Shown here piece by piece: positions 51,491 through 64,000 of a stretch of 64,000 bases of DNA. Within the stretch, counting starts at the first letter, position 1. Each line of letters opens with the position of its first letter. This stretch comes from Azolla caroliniana (lineage: Eukaryota > Plantae > Polypodiophyta), in contig JBHGNT010000004.1 of NCBI GenBank assembly GCA_043228905.1, positions 5,642,001 to 5,706,000 of the forward strand. Direction: 5' to 3'. A model generated the notes under the pieces. That model saw nothing but the letters and a program-made list of their open reading frames with translations, made no database searches and was not told the DNA's origin. The position numbers and the translations under genes were made by a program.

Positions 51491-54400
51491 TGGTACATTT
51501 AAAAAGATCTCAGAGGGGTCAATATAGAGTTAGAAATAAATAATCAAACTTTAGAACATTTTAGCAGAAACATAGCTTTTCTTCCATTATTGAGTCTAGA
51601 TGATGATTTACTTTAGCAGTAAAAATCGAGAGAAAATAAATAAATAAATATTCATTAAAGCCTCTTCTTCTTTTTTTTTACCTCTCTTTGCCCAGCTATG
51701 GAGGCAACCATGTAATTAACTACAATAACTAAGCAATATCTGTCTCAGCATTGAATACTCTGTTTTTGTTCCAGAGAAATTTAAAAAAAAACAGAAGATT
51801 ACTCTGTTTCTTAATAGATATGATTAGATATTCATCAGTTAGCTATAACCATGAATATATATATATATATATATATATAAGATTGGGGGGTAGCTTTTAG
51901 GGATTTTCCTTTATAGCAGAGTGGGGAAGAAAACCTAATATTACAAATAAGGATGGTGTGTGTGCATGTGCATGACTAATTTAGGGTTTCCAAAGTGGGC
52001 TTTAATTAGAAGTGGAAGCAATGGAGAGTTAGAAACCAAAAACAGAGAGAAAAAAAGGGGATGCCATAGCTAGAGAGAGAGAGACTTATTTTCTGTAGCT
52101 TTTTTTCTTATATATATATATATATATACTTAGCAAAGCTACTACTCTAATACTGATTCATTAAATCTTCTTCTTCTTCCTTCTTCACTCTTTCAATCTT
52201 CCTTCCTCCTCCTCTTCTTCTTCTTCTTCTTTCTTTTCCTCTTCTTGTGCCTCTTCTTCTTCTTTTCTTTTCTTCTTCCTCTTATGTATATTGTTTTTTC
52301 TCCTTACTAGGTAGGTAAGTGAGCTCTCTGCTTCTTTTTTCCTTTTGCTTCTTTTTTCTCTCTCTTCTTAAGTATGTTGTTTAGTTTAATTATATGTTTG
52401 CATGTATGTATGTATGTATGTATGTATGTATATGAATATATGAATGTATGCATGTGTATTTTATGGATTATGTATTTGTATGCATGTGTATTTTATGAAT
52501 TATTTTTGCTACTAATGCTTCTTTTTCATCTCTTTTGTGAGAGCTTAGTATAGTTCATGTGTGTGTGTGCATGTATGTATGTATGTATATGTATGTATGA
52601 GATGGCAGTATGTACTTATGCATGTATTTATATTGTTTTGCTCATCATTAGCTTCCAATCATTTGCCATCCATCATATCAACATATATATATATGTGTGT
52701 GTATGTACACACTTTACCCCCTCTATATATATATATATGTATGTACTTTCTCTCTCTCCCTCTCTCTCTCTATCAATCTATATATATATATATATATATA
52801 TATGATATTATATATTGTAATGATGTTATATACCTTATGTGGCCCATGAGTGAGTGAGTGAGTGAGTATATGCAAGTGAGTAGTGGCATTCACTTCACTA
52901 AACTTCTCAACTCACTTCATCTTTGTTTTGAAAAGAGTGTGGGAGGCCTTAGGACCCTTTTTTGTTCTTTGAAATCGCAACTTCCGAGCTATTTATTCAC
53001 ACGCAAATCCATTTACACGCCAATAGCTCCTCCCCTATACAAATTGGCCCTCATTGTGCCCTTGTACACAAACACACCTCCATGTAAAAAACAAAAACAC
53101 AAATTACAGTAGTGTTGACCTTACAATTGCATATATAGACATGTGTATATATATGTTTGTGTGGGTGCAGATGACTAAATATGTACATATCTTTATGCAT
53201 ACATTTTAACCTACATATTCTATATATATACGTGTGTGTGTGTGTGTGTATAGTCGTGTCGACACTGTCACACCCTTATGTCACACCCTTATGAGTGGTT
53301 ATGATGCAGGTATCATCATACATTTCATGGACAAATAAATCTTGTTTGGATTTGTAGTACATCATGTTAACTCCCAATGATGATGCCCTTATTCTTGCAT
53401 ATGTATTATGCATATACGTACTCCACCTTTTTTTACGGACAAATAACCCTTGTGGGGATTGATTGTAGTACATTTTAACTTCTGATAGTGTCCTAGGCTA
53501 GATGGTAAACAGTTTAATAGTGTTGAGAAAATCCATTGATGCGACATCGCCATGACTAACTTTCAATGGAATTTGGATCCCTTTGGGATCCGAAACATTT
53601 GATGTTTGCAACCTCTCCTTGTATATTTGATTTACGGTTGGAATATATCTCATATGTAATCTTGTAATTTATCTTATCCATAACCGTGCAAACCAAGGCT
53701 TGTAATGGTCTTAGCGCGTTACCTTTGTTTGGAGGACATAAAAGCATGAAAACAAAGGTTTCTCGTGGTCTTACACATTGCCTAGATCTAGACTTATGTC
53801 GTACCAACTTCAAGCATGCAAAACCTTATCCAAAAGACTCCAAACTAAGCCCTCTTATGGCATTGCTTTCATGTAGAGTGATAAAAACCTACTAAGATTT
53901 GTTAGTTTTAGGCGTCTTGTGGAATGTTAGCCAACAAGGTTCAAACATACCGCCTCTTTATAACTTATGCTTCTAGTTCAATTAAACACTTGACTCTACC
54001 AAGATGCCCAATGCATTCCTTTTTTTTATAGAAAATGGGGGGGGGGGGGGGGCACAATTCCCGTAACTTTAGGAAGATGCATGGCGTATTTGTTTTTTTT
54101 TATAAATGTGATGGTTGGGAATGCATTTATTTGTGGCCTCCTACTATGTAGGACCTTGACCACCAACCGCAATTCCCTTGGCCCTACTAGAGTTCACAAG
54201 TGTTTCTTGTTTTCTACACATGGAAAATGTAAACAAGATCATCAATGCTCATATGAAAGCTTTGTGATGGAAACATATGAATGTGTACCTACATATTGTA
54301 GAATTGCATGAGTTTCTGGAGATGGGAGGTCACATGTTCACAAGACACATAGAATTAATCACGTGAATATGGATGAGAGTGGAAGGTGGCTATGATTAAG

Positions 54401-55074
54401 AGTTTGTGGAAAATAAGTTTTCCATCAATGGAACATTGCCATATTGTACTACTATTTTTTTATAGCTACAAATTTAGAATTGCATACAAGTTATTCAAGA
54501 GAAGAGATTGTTGTCCACATGACTCAAAGAGTTAGCCTATTTCAAAAACGATTGGAAAAGGTATTTGTAGAAAATGAGAGTTTATTGGTGTGCCGCCTCC
54601 GATCCACCAAACACATCACATAGTGCTTTGCATGTATTAGCCTTGTTTTCTTTTTAGTAATTCGTGAAATGTTCTCAAATGGATAAATTTCTAATCATGG
54701 GAATGATTTTCAATTTAGGTGAAAGGTATTTTCTATGTACAGCAAGCAACATTGTATATTCCAAAGTGGAAAGTTGATAAACCCCAGTACAACTCTTGAG
54801 CATTAGAAATATGGTTATGCCACTATAATAATGTAATGACCATTGATTCTACTCAAAGGCGCATCCTCTTGTAAAAACCTTGAACAAAACCTTTTCTTTT
54901 TAAAATCTTCTTGCATGGTGGCAAAAAGAATCCAATAGCTCGAAGACAACAAGCTATTGGAATTTGAGAGACGTTGAGGTTGTCTCTTCTTTGTTTTTCG
55001 AATCTTCCCTCATGGTTGCAATTAGAATCCAACAGCTAGATGACAAAATTTGTATACTTATCAATTTCTATCAA

Positions 55075-55075
<1 letters not shown>

Positions 55076-55152
<77 letters not shown>
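55076..55152. repeat. Compound (TG)n(AG)n microsatellite
   Basis: Seen directly. Confidence 0.95.
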
Positions 55153-55153
<1 letters not shown>

Positions 55154-58100
55154 GGCACACTATAGTTGGGATGCATTTGTTAATTGTTTGGAGACCATGG
55201 CATTGTTAGACATGTAGTTCTGGAGAAGTGATAAATAGTGTAACAAAGTTGTGTGGAAGCAGCAATAAAATAATACAAGAAATTATCCCACTGTCATTGA
55301 AAATCCATGCGAACAATCCCTTCTTCTATTCTTAAAAATGCATGGGTTAGTAAATGTGTCACTAGAATCGGTTGCAAGTTCTATTCTTAAAAATGCTACA
55401 AGAGAAGTTGTTGTTGACGAAGAAGTAACTAACTGATCAATCTTTGCATGTAGATGCACATGCCATTGTAGCATCAACATAACGCTTGTTGCACATTTAC
55501 TATATTAACACCCCATAGAAGAATGAACTTCATTTATCCTTATTGGTGCAATCCTCTCTTGAGAGAACATAAAATTGGAGCAATAATCATATGAATGGGA
55601 AAGCAAAAGGAAAGGTTCAAGGTTTTTTCTTATTTGACACCCAAAAAAGGGTGCGAAGGGACAATGAATACCAAATGAAAACTGGAAAATCTCGTGTGAT
55701 GTAATTCCTTGAGCAAATGATCGAGATTCTAAAAATTGAACAAATCAATCTAAAATTCTCATTGGTGATTATTTAGATTATGTGATTTCTCACTATGAAG
55801 CTTCCACTATGCTACTATTTTTGTTCGAATGACCCCTATCTAGTTTGAAAGCAACAATAAACAGCTTTATTACACTTCTCTACCAATATATATTCGTACG
55901 AAATCGGAACGATATACATATTCATATCATTTGTAGATTTTGTGTCACAAAAGAAATCTAAATCTAGTGATGAAAATATTTTCAATGACATCCAATTAAC
56001 TAGTTTGTACATAATACCATGACATAAATTCTAATATGCATGTGCGCAAAATATCAAAATGACAAAATCAAAGCTATGGGATTTTAAAGAAACAAAATAT
56101 GAAAGAAACCAAAGATAACAACAAGAAAACAAGATGGAGAAAAGAAAGGGTGAACATGATGATTCTATGTCTAATTTATTCAGAAGCAAGGCTAACAACA
56201 TAATCACTTAAGCACAACCTAATGATGCAATTCAAATGGGCAATTACGTCTCGAGAATTGAACAAGAAATTGAAGTTTCATACTACACATGAACTCAACG
56301 AATTAATTGGTAGGAATCAAATTGTAGTAGAGACAAAGTTATTGTTGTGCCCTTATTCTACTAAAAAGTGTTCTAATGGCCACATCAATTAAATGAAAGC
56401 TATATAGTTTTGTAGTGGTAGTTACAAAACAAGAGAAAAGGGATAACGCCTCTTCACCCATATGTGGTCCAACCATGATACTCTATTATACACCACCAAA
56501 GTTGTAGCAAAAGAAACTAGGGGCATTGCAAAGAAGAAAGAACCTTAAAATATAGGGATCTCGTCTTTCTTAAACAATTCTCTCGTTCTGATATCAATTC
56601 GATAAAAGATGCATCAAATATCTTTAGTCGAAGTAATGGAAACACTTTTTCATTATTGTATCTAAAAATAGTTTCAAAATAAGGATGCAACTTCTTTAGG
56701 GCCGTAAGTCCACCAATCACTCAAAAATTTGGCATCATTAGGAAGTTTGTTTCAATTTCGTTGACATACCTACTAGACACCAAACTGCACTAAAGTTTCG
56801 ATAAACTATAATTTTATTAACCCACACCTAGATTGTCAAGTTGTTCCCAATTCATTAATCGCACACAAATTGAAGTTCACTATTACAATAAACATCCCAT
56901 CAATGCATGCCTCATAGTCTTCTACGTTAACCACCACCACACACTATATTCTCACCACCATAAGCATATCAACATATTGTCTTATGTGTTGCCACTTACC
57001 TGCAAGTTGTGCCATATATCCATCTTGCAAGATACATTTTTATTGCATTAAATCCATTATTTTAGAATGCAAGGATGTATATTTCAATCTACATCAACTA
57101 TGCATGAGTGGCATTGTTCAAGTTGCAAAGTTCACAACCTTGCACACAAATAGAGTCCTTAGACATCCACGGTTTGGATAATGTTTCTAACATATTGATT
57201 TGTTAGGTAGGCCATTCTCCGAGCTTACCTACATACTACAAGTGTTGATATTGACACCATTAACCTTTTTGCACTCAAAGTGTCATCCATCTAGTTTCAT
57301 GACCTAGCCACCATGATACCAACATGGATGAGTGAACCATTATACCCTAGTTGTTAAAATGGGTGCAACTCATCTAACATAAAAAGGACATGTGTGAAAC
57401 ACCCTCTTCGAGGACAAGTTTGGCATTGTAAGAATGATGGCATGTTCCATATTGAACATGCAGATACAAATATATGGATGTGAAATTTTTACTATCAATA
57501 TTCACTTTTATGAATCTAGATATTGAAGCCAATGATTTTACCCACAATCAATCACTTAGTTAAAAACTCAAGAATTAAGCTCAAGATATTGGAATTAGGC
57601 TTGGGAAATGGAAAAGATGGAATGCTAGTATGATTATTGATGACTGATTTCGATCGAGATTATGACTATGTAGGGATCATCAATGAGTGCCTATGGAAGA
57701 ACTATCCAATTAAAACAGACAAGGTTGGAGATGTCTTTTGCATGGTGAGGAAGTACCTTATATCTCATTTTGCCTAATGGTTAACACCACTGCTTCACTT
57801 GGAGTGATCTCAAAAACAACTCTTGGAGCAACATCTATTTATTACCTTAATTGCCAATTTTCCACTTGATGTGCTTGTTTGTCTTTGTTCTCCAATTGTA
57901 GATAGTTCCCCTCACTAAGCTTGACCCCTCACCTTGAGCTTGAAGCTCAAATTCAATGTTTCCATCTAAGTTAGGTATTTGAGCTTCATTTTGTATTGAG
58001 CATGGTTGGTTTTCAATAAGAGTTTGTTGTTGTTGATTGGTAGTTTCTTGTGTTGTCTTATATTTAATTAAGATGATTAGAAAGTTGTCAATGTATACCT

Positions 58101-59394
58101 TAAAATCTCTTTCATCAACATATTTTTCCATTGTTAGGGTCAAGATTAGAAAGAAATTTAGCCATCAATAAGAGTGTGTTGTTGGTTGATAATTTCTCAT
58201 GTTGTCCTAACTCAAACATCTGATTTCAGGTTTTCTAGTGGGTCTTTTCATTTTTCCCTTATGGTACTTGGGGTATGCTATCGGTCATCGAGGAATACTT
58301 AGGCACGGGGGTGGTCCTCCTTTAGTGACATAAACCAATAATTGTTCAAACATAATATTGGCAATGATACCCAAACTTTATCACTTAGTTAAATTACAAT
58401 ATATACCCACCATGACCTTGCATAACCGTATGCACACAAGAAAGGATAGATCTTAAGTGCTTAAGAAGAAAACTTACGATAAGCTTAACCTAGTAGAGTT
58501 GGGTTTGATAATGTAAAATAGAAAGAGAAAAAGTGAGGTATAAGGATGGAGAACTTCGGCTTCAGGTAGGATAAAAAAATGAAGATGTAAAACACATTTT
58601 ACTTTCACATTTTTACTTCAATACATTTTATTAATCATACTTTAGTTTCATTATACATCTTTGAACATTAGGCTCTTATCTTAGGTTTACAAATAGCCTC
58701 GCACTATAGTTGGTATCGCCAATACCTTAACACATACACTTTCACTTCTTTATTTTGTATACATTTTATTATTCGTACTTTTGTTTCATTATATATATTT
58801 GGATGTTAGGCTCTCATCCAAGGTTTACGAATAGTTGTTGGTATCACCATTTCATCCTTGTATCTCGTAAAATTTGCATTCGTATGGTGAACCGAGATGC
58901 ACTTAATTGATTAAAAAATGTATTGTTATGTGATCAATCCCAATATTGAAGTTATAAATCACATCCAATGCATTACATTTCATCGACGTATAATCACAAT
59001 GGCCCAATTATTTGTTAGTGAATCAACCTCAACAATAAATTTCCATATTTAAGTTATAAATTATATCCAGTGCATTAAATTTCACAAATGTACAATCACA
59101 TTAGGTCAATTTGTTGGCACCTGTAATTTGAGTTGGAGGATGCTCATAGAGTTTCACCATTATGTACCATGAACATCTAATATGAAAACATGTAAGCATA
59201 TCCCATTCTCAACTCAAGCTTCCACGCAACATTTGTGCTCACACTAAAACATAATACCTTTTTCCCAAGGTAATCAAATGCATACACCTTTCTGGGAGGT
59301 TTAATATCATTTTGTGATAGTTTCTTCCTCTTTTGTAGTTTTCAAAATAGAGTTTCTTATCACTGATGCAACATTAATGGTCATTTTGAATTTT

Positions 59395-60260
59395 CCTTTA
59401 GAATTAGAATTAGAATTTTTATCGTCCATAAAGAGGCTAATTTTGACCTATGGGACCAAAGTATACATGTGTTCTTGATATGCGTCTCCTTCCTAAGAAG
59501 GGGTATTCATACACTGAAGCACAAAGTCTTTATGTGTGAATAAAGCACACACATATGGTTCAACCTTCTCGGTGGTGTCTTAAGTATGGCACTTAAGTTA
59601 TCACTCCCTCTTAGTATGTCAACATATCTTGAACAACATGTGAAGAGCAAGTGACGTTCATCCTCTACAATGCCTTCATTGCATACTTTGCATGTCTTCA
59701 ATACCTAACTACCATAATGCAACGTCAATACCTAACTTGTGAGATCGAGTGCAAAGTAGTGTAAGGGCTCTACGAACATTACTACTCATATTGGTAATGA
59801 GATAAGGTTGGATACGATCAATAGACATTCTTGCTTTATATTGAGACCAACATTCAGGGTTGACATTTGCAATGTTGTATTCTAGCTTTGTCCTTTTAGC
59901 ATCTTCTCACTTCATCCTTAATGATTCCACTAACCTTTCCTCAATCATTACACACTGCATATCATTGCTCAAAAGCTCTAAAAGATCATCGAAACCCCAT
60001 CTTCTAAACCATTTCCTTATGTCAACAACCCAACCGAATGAGAGAATCTTACTTTTATGATTCTTTTGCAGCTTACATCCAACATTCCAAGCAAGATATG
60101 GTAATCTATGATTCAACATATTCTTGACTTTTGTAATGTATTTATATACTCTTTGGAGTGCCAATAGTTCTATGGGTCAAACACTTGTTCCCAAGAGCTT
60201 AACCTGGTAAGAGGTAGTGCATTTAACTCCTAATTGCCTCCTTAAAATCATGAGAATGCT
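59395..60260 (-). mobile_element. 5'-truncated degenerate LINE of a different subfamily
   Basis: CKVCNEGIVEDERHLLFTC and upstream ORF2-like fragments, 3' hairpin-like GGTCAAAATTAGCC, (ATTCTA)n tail. Confidence 0.7.
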
Positions 60261-60807
60261 CTTTCACAATCACACCTCTGTAATAAAACAAATCGTCCTA
60301 TAAGTAGCATATGGTGCTATATTAAGTAGGAATAGAAATTTGGGAAACTCCTAAAATAATCAATGTACACATCTTTCATCCATTCAAGAGGTAGAAAAAA
60401 CTGTTCTAAGCAACTGAACTCTGCTTTTTCATTATACACTCGAATTTGCGAAAAATGCAAATATTGAACTAAATCAACATACTTCAAAATATTTGAGCTC
60501 TATATTGCTTTTTTGTGGACAATAGAATAACCAGATTCGGAATGTCTTTTCAAAAAATATATTGCCAATATACAAACTTCATTACACCAGTCACATTGGA
60601 CCTCCAAGAATTCAGAATGTGTTTTGGCTGTGTATACATCAGCAAAGATTGAAACAAATAGATTTACTGATTAATATCTTCATAATGTGCATAATGTGGC
60701 TACATACATGTTTGGACCAAGATTGATGATCAACAGCATGGACTGCGGAACTTCTATCACTCATTTTGTACAAGATTCTGATGTTTATGAGATTCCCCAC
60801 ACCATGT

Positions 60808-62195
60808 TCAATCCTTGCTCCTGGTTAGAGGACGTAAACTCAGACCCAGAATGAATTCTCCATTCACATTTTTAATGAACTCATCATCTTTGCGAGCTCT
60901 GGACTGAAACAATTAATTGGTGGCTATTGCCCGAATGATGATTCTCCCCTTTATTAAATACCTGCAAGCCAACTCCCATCTCAGGCTACGACAATCAACA
61001 CTGAAATTTTCTCCATAGTTCTCTAGCTTTACCTCAGAGGAGGTAGAATCTGAAGAGAACCAGCCCATTAGAATGCCAAGTTGCATAATGACAGGAATGA
61101 ATTTGAACAGTAATGGAGTTGTCACCTGTGAAAAGACCACCCCATATACACATATTAGCAAGTTGTTTTACATATGGAAAATAGAGTTTATGCAGTGCAA
61201 ACAATGCAAGAATATACCAGACTTAGCGCTGTAGTTCCTAAGAGGAGTAGATATAGCTTGTCCTGTGAATCAATAAAAGTCAACATCATTCAAATGGCAT
61301 CAACATATTCATTAAGTAAAAGGTTGCCATTCATTGGAGTTTTCTTAATTTTTGACCAATGCAGACCATCTCACTTCAATATCTCAGTACTTGTGTGCAT
61401 GTCAATTATTTGTGTACGGCAGTGTATCGATAAGAATGAAAATCTCATTACGAACTAGTTTCATTCTTATTTCCATAAGCTTTCTTATTTCATTACGAAC
61501 TCTCTTCTATTGCAACTAAACAAAATTATTGTGGAACTTTATAAGAGTGAGGCGGTTTTTAAAATATGAGCTGGTAAAGAGTTTACCTGCACTAAATGCA
61601 TGTTTGAAGCACGGCTAAGGAGAACAAATGCAAATTCTCCTATTTGAGCAAGAGACATGCCAACCTGTCGAACAAAAAATACTGTCTTGTTACTTCAATG
61701 TGAAACAGAAAATAAAGGAAATGTGGGAAAACTTCTGAACAAAAGTTTTCAACAATGATATTAAGAAGGTGCTCATTCATAGATCTAGCGCTAACCTCTA
61801 GCACTATCAAGTACAGGGGCATGGATTAACCATTTTCTTCAATTAACCACAATTTGTCCCAATGATATTTCAGCACAACCAAAAGACAAATTCACACCCT
61901 AAGAGACTATTTTTAAATCTCTAATTATCAGCAGACAGAACATTTTCTACCATTACTAGCAGACTAGGCTTCATATTCCAATTTTTCACATCCAGAGAGT
62001 GCTTACCAAGAAGGAGTTTTTGATGCTGTAGCCAAATACTCGTACTACAAGAGTCACAAGAATAGTCTTTGTGACGATCACAAGGATAACAGAAGCCAAT
62101 AATATATCCATGTGGCTCAGTAAGAACTGCACATTTATGAGCATCCCAATGCTAGAGAGAAAAAGAGCAGCAAAGAGATTTCGAATTGGCTCCAC
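60808..62195 (-). CDS. KEA: K+ efflux antiporter KEA4/5/6-type (CPA2), last five exons; 5' part lies beyond the window end
   Basis: Phase-0 exons: 62195-62007 (VEPIRNLFAALFLSSIGMLI), 61664-61587 (VGMSLAQIGEFAFVLLSRAS), 61262-61218 (KLYLLLLGTTALSL), 61125-61033 (VTTPLLFK), and a probable terminal exon 60903-60808. The terminal exon is less certain. Confidence 0.88.
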
Positions 62196-62834
62196 CTTTT
62201 CAATCAACAAGAATTACGGTTAAGCAGTGGAACTTCCAGAATGATTTTGCAAAATGAACTTAATGCAGGTAGAGATTAGACGAGGATAGCCATGAATTAT
62301 AATCAAAATTCAACTTCACAAACCTGAGGTTATAATATTTTTCTATAACTGTCTTTCAAATGGTTAAAAAATCAAAAGCTGCTTTCCTTAAAACAAGAGA
62401 TCATTTGCCTATGCGTTGGTGAATTAAGATTGATAAAGTAGAGATAAAATGAGAGCAATATTCAAGCGAAAGCAAGTAAGAATAATAATTATCATATCAT
62501 TACAAAAAGTAAAGTTAAAAGTAAAACAAAAAGGCAGCTTAAAAGACCCTATTAATAACCAGATCAGAAAACCATAAGAGGAATAAAAACAACAAGAATT
62601 ATTAGGCAATGAAGAACTGCAGTAATCACTCTAAAAAAACATCCCTCATGGAGAGAATTGCTTTGATGGTTTAACATAACAGCTAAGCATAATTTCAAAA
62701 CGTTCACAGCACTACAATGATTGCCTAACCCTCAATAGATAAAAGAGACCATTAACAGTCAGATGATTCAGCATAGACTACATGGTTCTCAAAAGAAACA
62801 GGACTTGTTTCTGGCGCACTGAGTTTTAAGCAAG

Positions 62835-63290
62835 GGCTACACAAATGGGCTCCCAACCAGGATATTGCAAAGGGTTACAATAGATTGAGAAATAGCAATT
62901 TGTCATGCACGTAGGCCTCAGCCTCATGGACCATGATCTCATCACCAATGTCATCGACAGATAAAGGCCATTATCTCCCACCATTGCAGGTGCTTCCCTC
63001 ACTTCAGAGCCCTCTACATTCTGGATCAACCAGTGCTAGAGATCTTTGGAAGATAAAATTCACAATATATCTGATTTGGACTCTTGCATCTATAGATGAC
63101 GAGATTCTTCAGTCATAGTCTATTTCAATTTACTTTTTTGTTTAGTTACATTTGTTTATTTTGGTTTGTTCTTTATGAAGGGCAAGACAACATTTTATGA
63201 TGTAATCTCTTGTTTGGTCTTATTGGCCATTTTGGCCTCTTAAAAGAAGTTAATATATCTTACTTTCTTTCCTTCTTTCATTTCTTGCTC
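62835..63290 (+). mobile_element. Short LINE 3' fragment in KEA intron, same family as 12200-13325
   Basis: ACACAAATGGGCTCC..ACCAGGA..AAAGGGTTACAAT matches ~12885. Near-identical 3' end GGCCATTTTGGCCTCTTAAAAGA.GTTAATATATCT followed by a pyrimidine tail. Confidence 0.85.
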
Positions 63291-63294
63291 CCAC

Positions 63295-64000
63295 TGTTAG
63301 GGTCTAGGGTTCAGGTTTGGTGCTACAATCTATTTGACATAGATTACACATATCCTTGAACATTGATGCCAACTAAATATGAGGGCTGGATGTTGCTTGA
63401 ATAGCTTTGCTCAAACTGTGTAGTGTGTTATCCATGGGACAAAGGAAAAAGGTGTGAAAAGGATTGAGAAGGACAAGTACGAAAGGGACGCATAGGACAA
63501 ATGTGAAAACAGGTAAAGAAGCCGAGCACTAACAGCCAAAGAACAGGCAGCCAAAGGTAGAGGTTGATTATCAGGATGAAGTAGCTGGAACATGCTAAGC
63601 GGTAAAGAAGCTATATAATCATGAAGTGGCGAACACAGGAGGGGACGGAAGATATCATATAGGAATCCCAAAAGTCGACAGAGCTAGTTCTAGATTAGTG
63701 CTGTGTGAGTGAGTGTCTCCGACTCTAGTGGGTCGTGTACTATTATTGTATTGCATGCTAGTAATCGAGTACATATACTTGTGGGTCAATCTCTGTGTCT
63801 GTCTCGTTTTCAATTTATCTCTACTTATTGCTGTTCGGTCTATAAGACGTAATTATGAATCGGTTGTAGCGGATTCTCTGAGTGTCAATCGCAATGGGGT
63901 GTAACGGTTCAACCCCTACTCGGATCCCCTAGTTTCTTACGCACGACGATTCCTTGACCTGATTACTCAGGAGGAGCAATCAAAGGTGTTCTCCAGGAGG
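63295..64000 (+). mobile_element. LTR of a Gypsy-like element in KEA intron, running off the window
   Basis: Starts TGTTAG; GCTATATAA at ~63610. The terminal AATCAAAGGTGT motif is shared with the U5 end of the Gypsy E LTR. Confidence 0.55.

Noticed and set aside
52140-52860. ORFs in the TAA upstream region
   Set aside because: (CTT)n, (TATG)n and (TA)n low-complexity sequence.
54540-57780. Faint transposase-like (Harbinger/hAT) and Copia-like peptide traces
   Set aside because: Too degraded to support by eye; would need TBLASTN or profile HMM searches.
58600-59100. Two diverged local duplications (~140 and ~100 bp); also short ones at 48995-49075 and 49797-49910
   Set aside because: Ordinary two- to three-copy tandem duplications with no further structure.

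Overview
Repeat-rich land-plant nuclear DNA; gene structure and TE content suggest a large-genome fern or other seed-free plant, which is inference only. Three spliced host genes are present. A complete YODA/MAPKKK-alpha-type MAP3K lies on + (5960-14526, 10 exons). A complete TAA1/TAR tryptophan aminotransferase with an N-terminal TM helix and EGF-like domain lies on - (47960-51490, 5 exons). The last five exons of a KEA4/5/6-type K+/H+ antiporter lie on - (60808-62195). Between the first two genes is a ~26 kb nest of retroelements. The base is a degraded Tat-like Gypsy element, interrupted by a full-length Copia (D, with a 4x tandem U5+PBS array), a probable solo LTR carrying an intact two-ORF RTEX/L2-like LINE, and a Copia (A). 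Copia A contains another Copia (B), which contains a 3.35-kb integrase-type insertion (C) with dissimilar ends and two inward-facing tRNA primer-binding sites. Also present: three truncated LINEs sharing a 3' hairpin, a tRNA-derived SINE, a degraded plastid rps3 fragment, and many micro- and minisatellites. All coordinates and alignments were read by eye.
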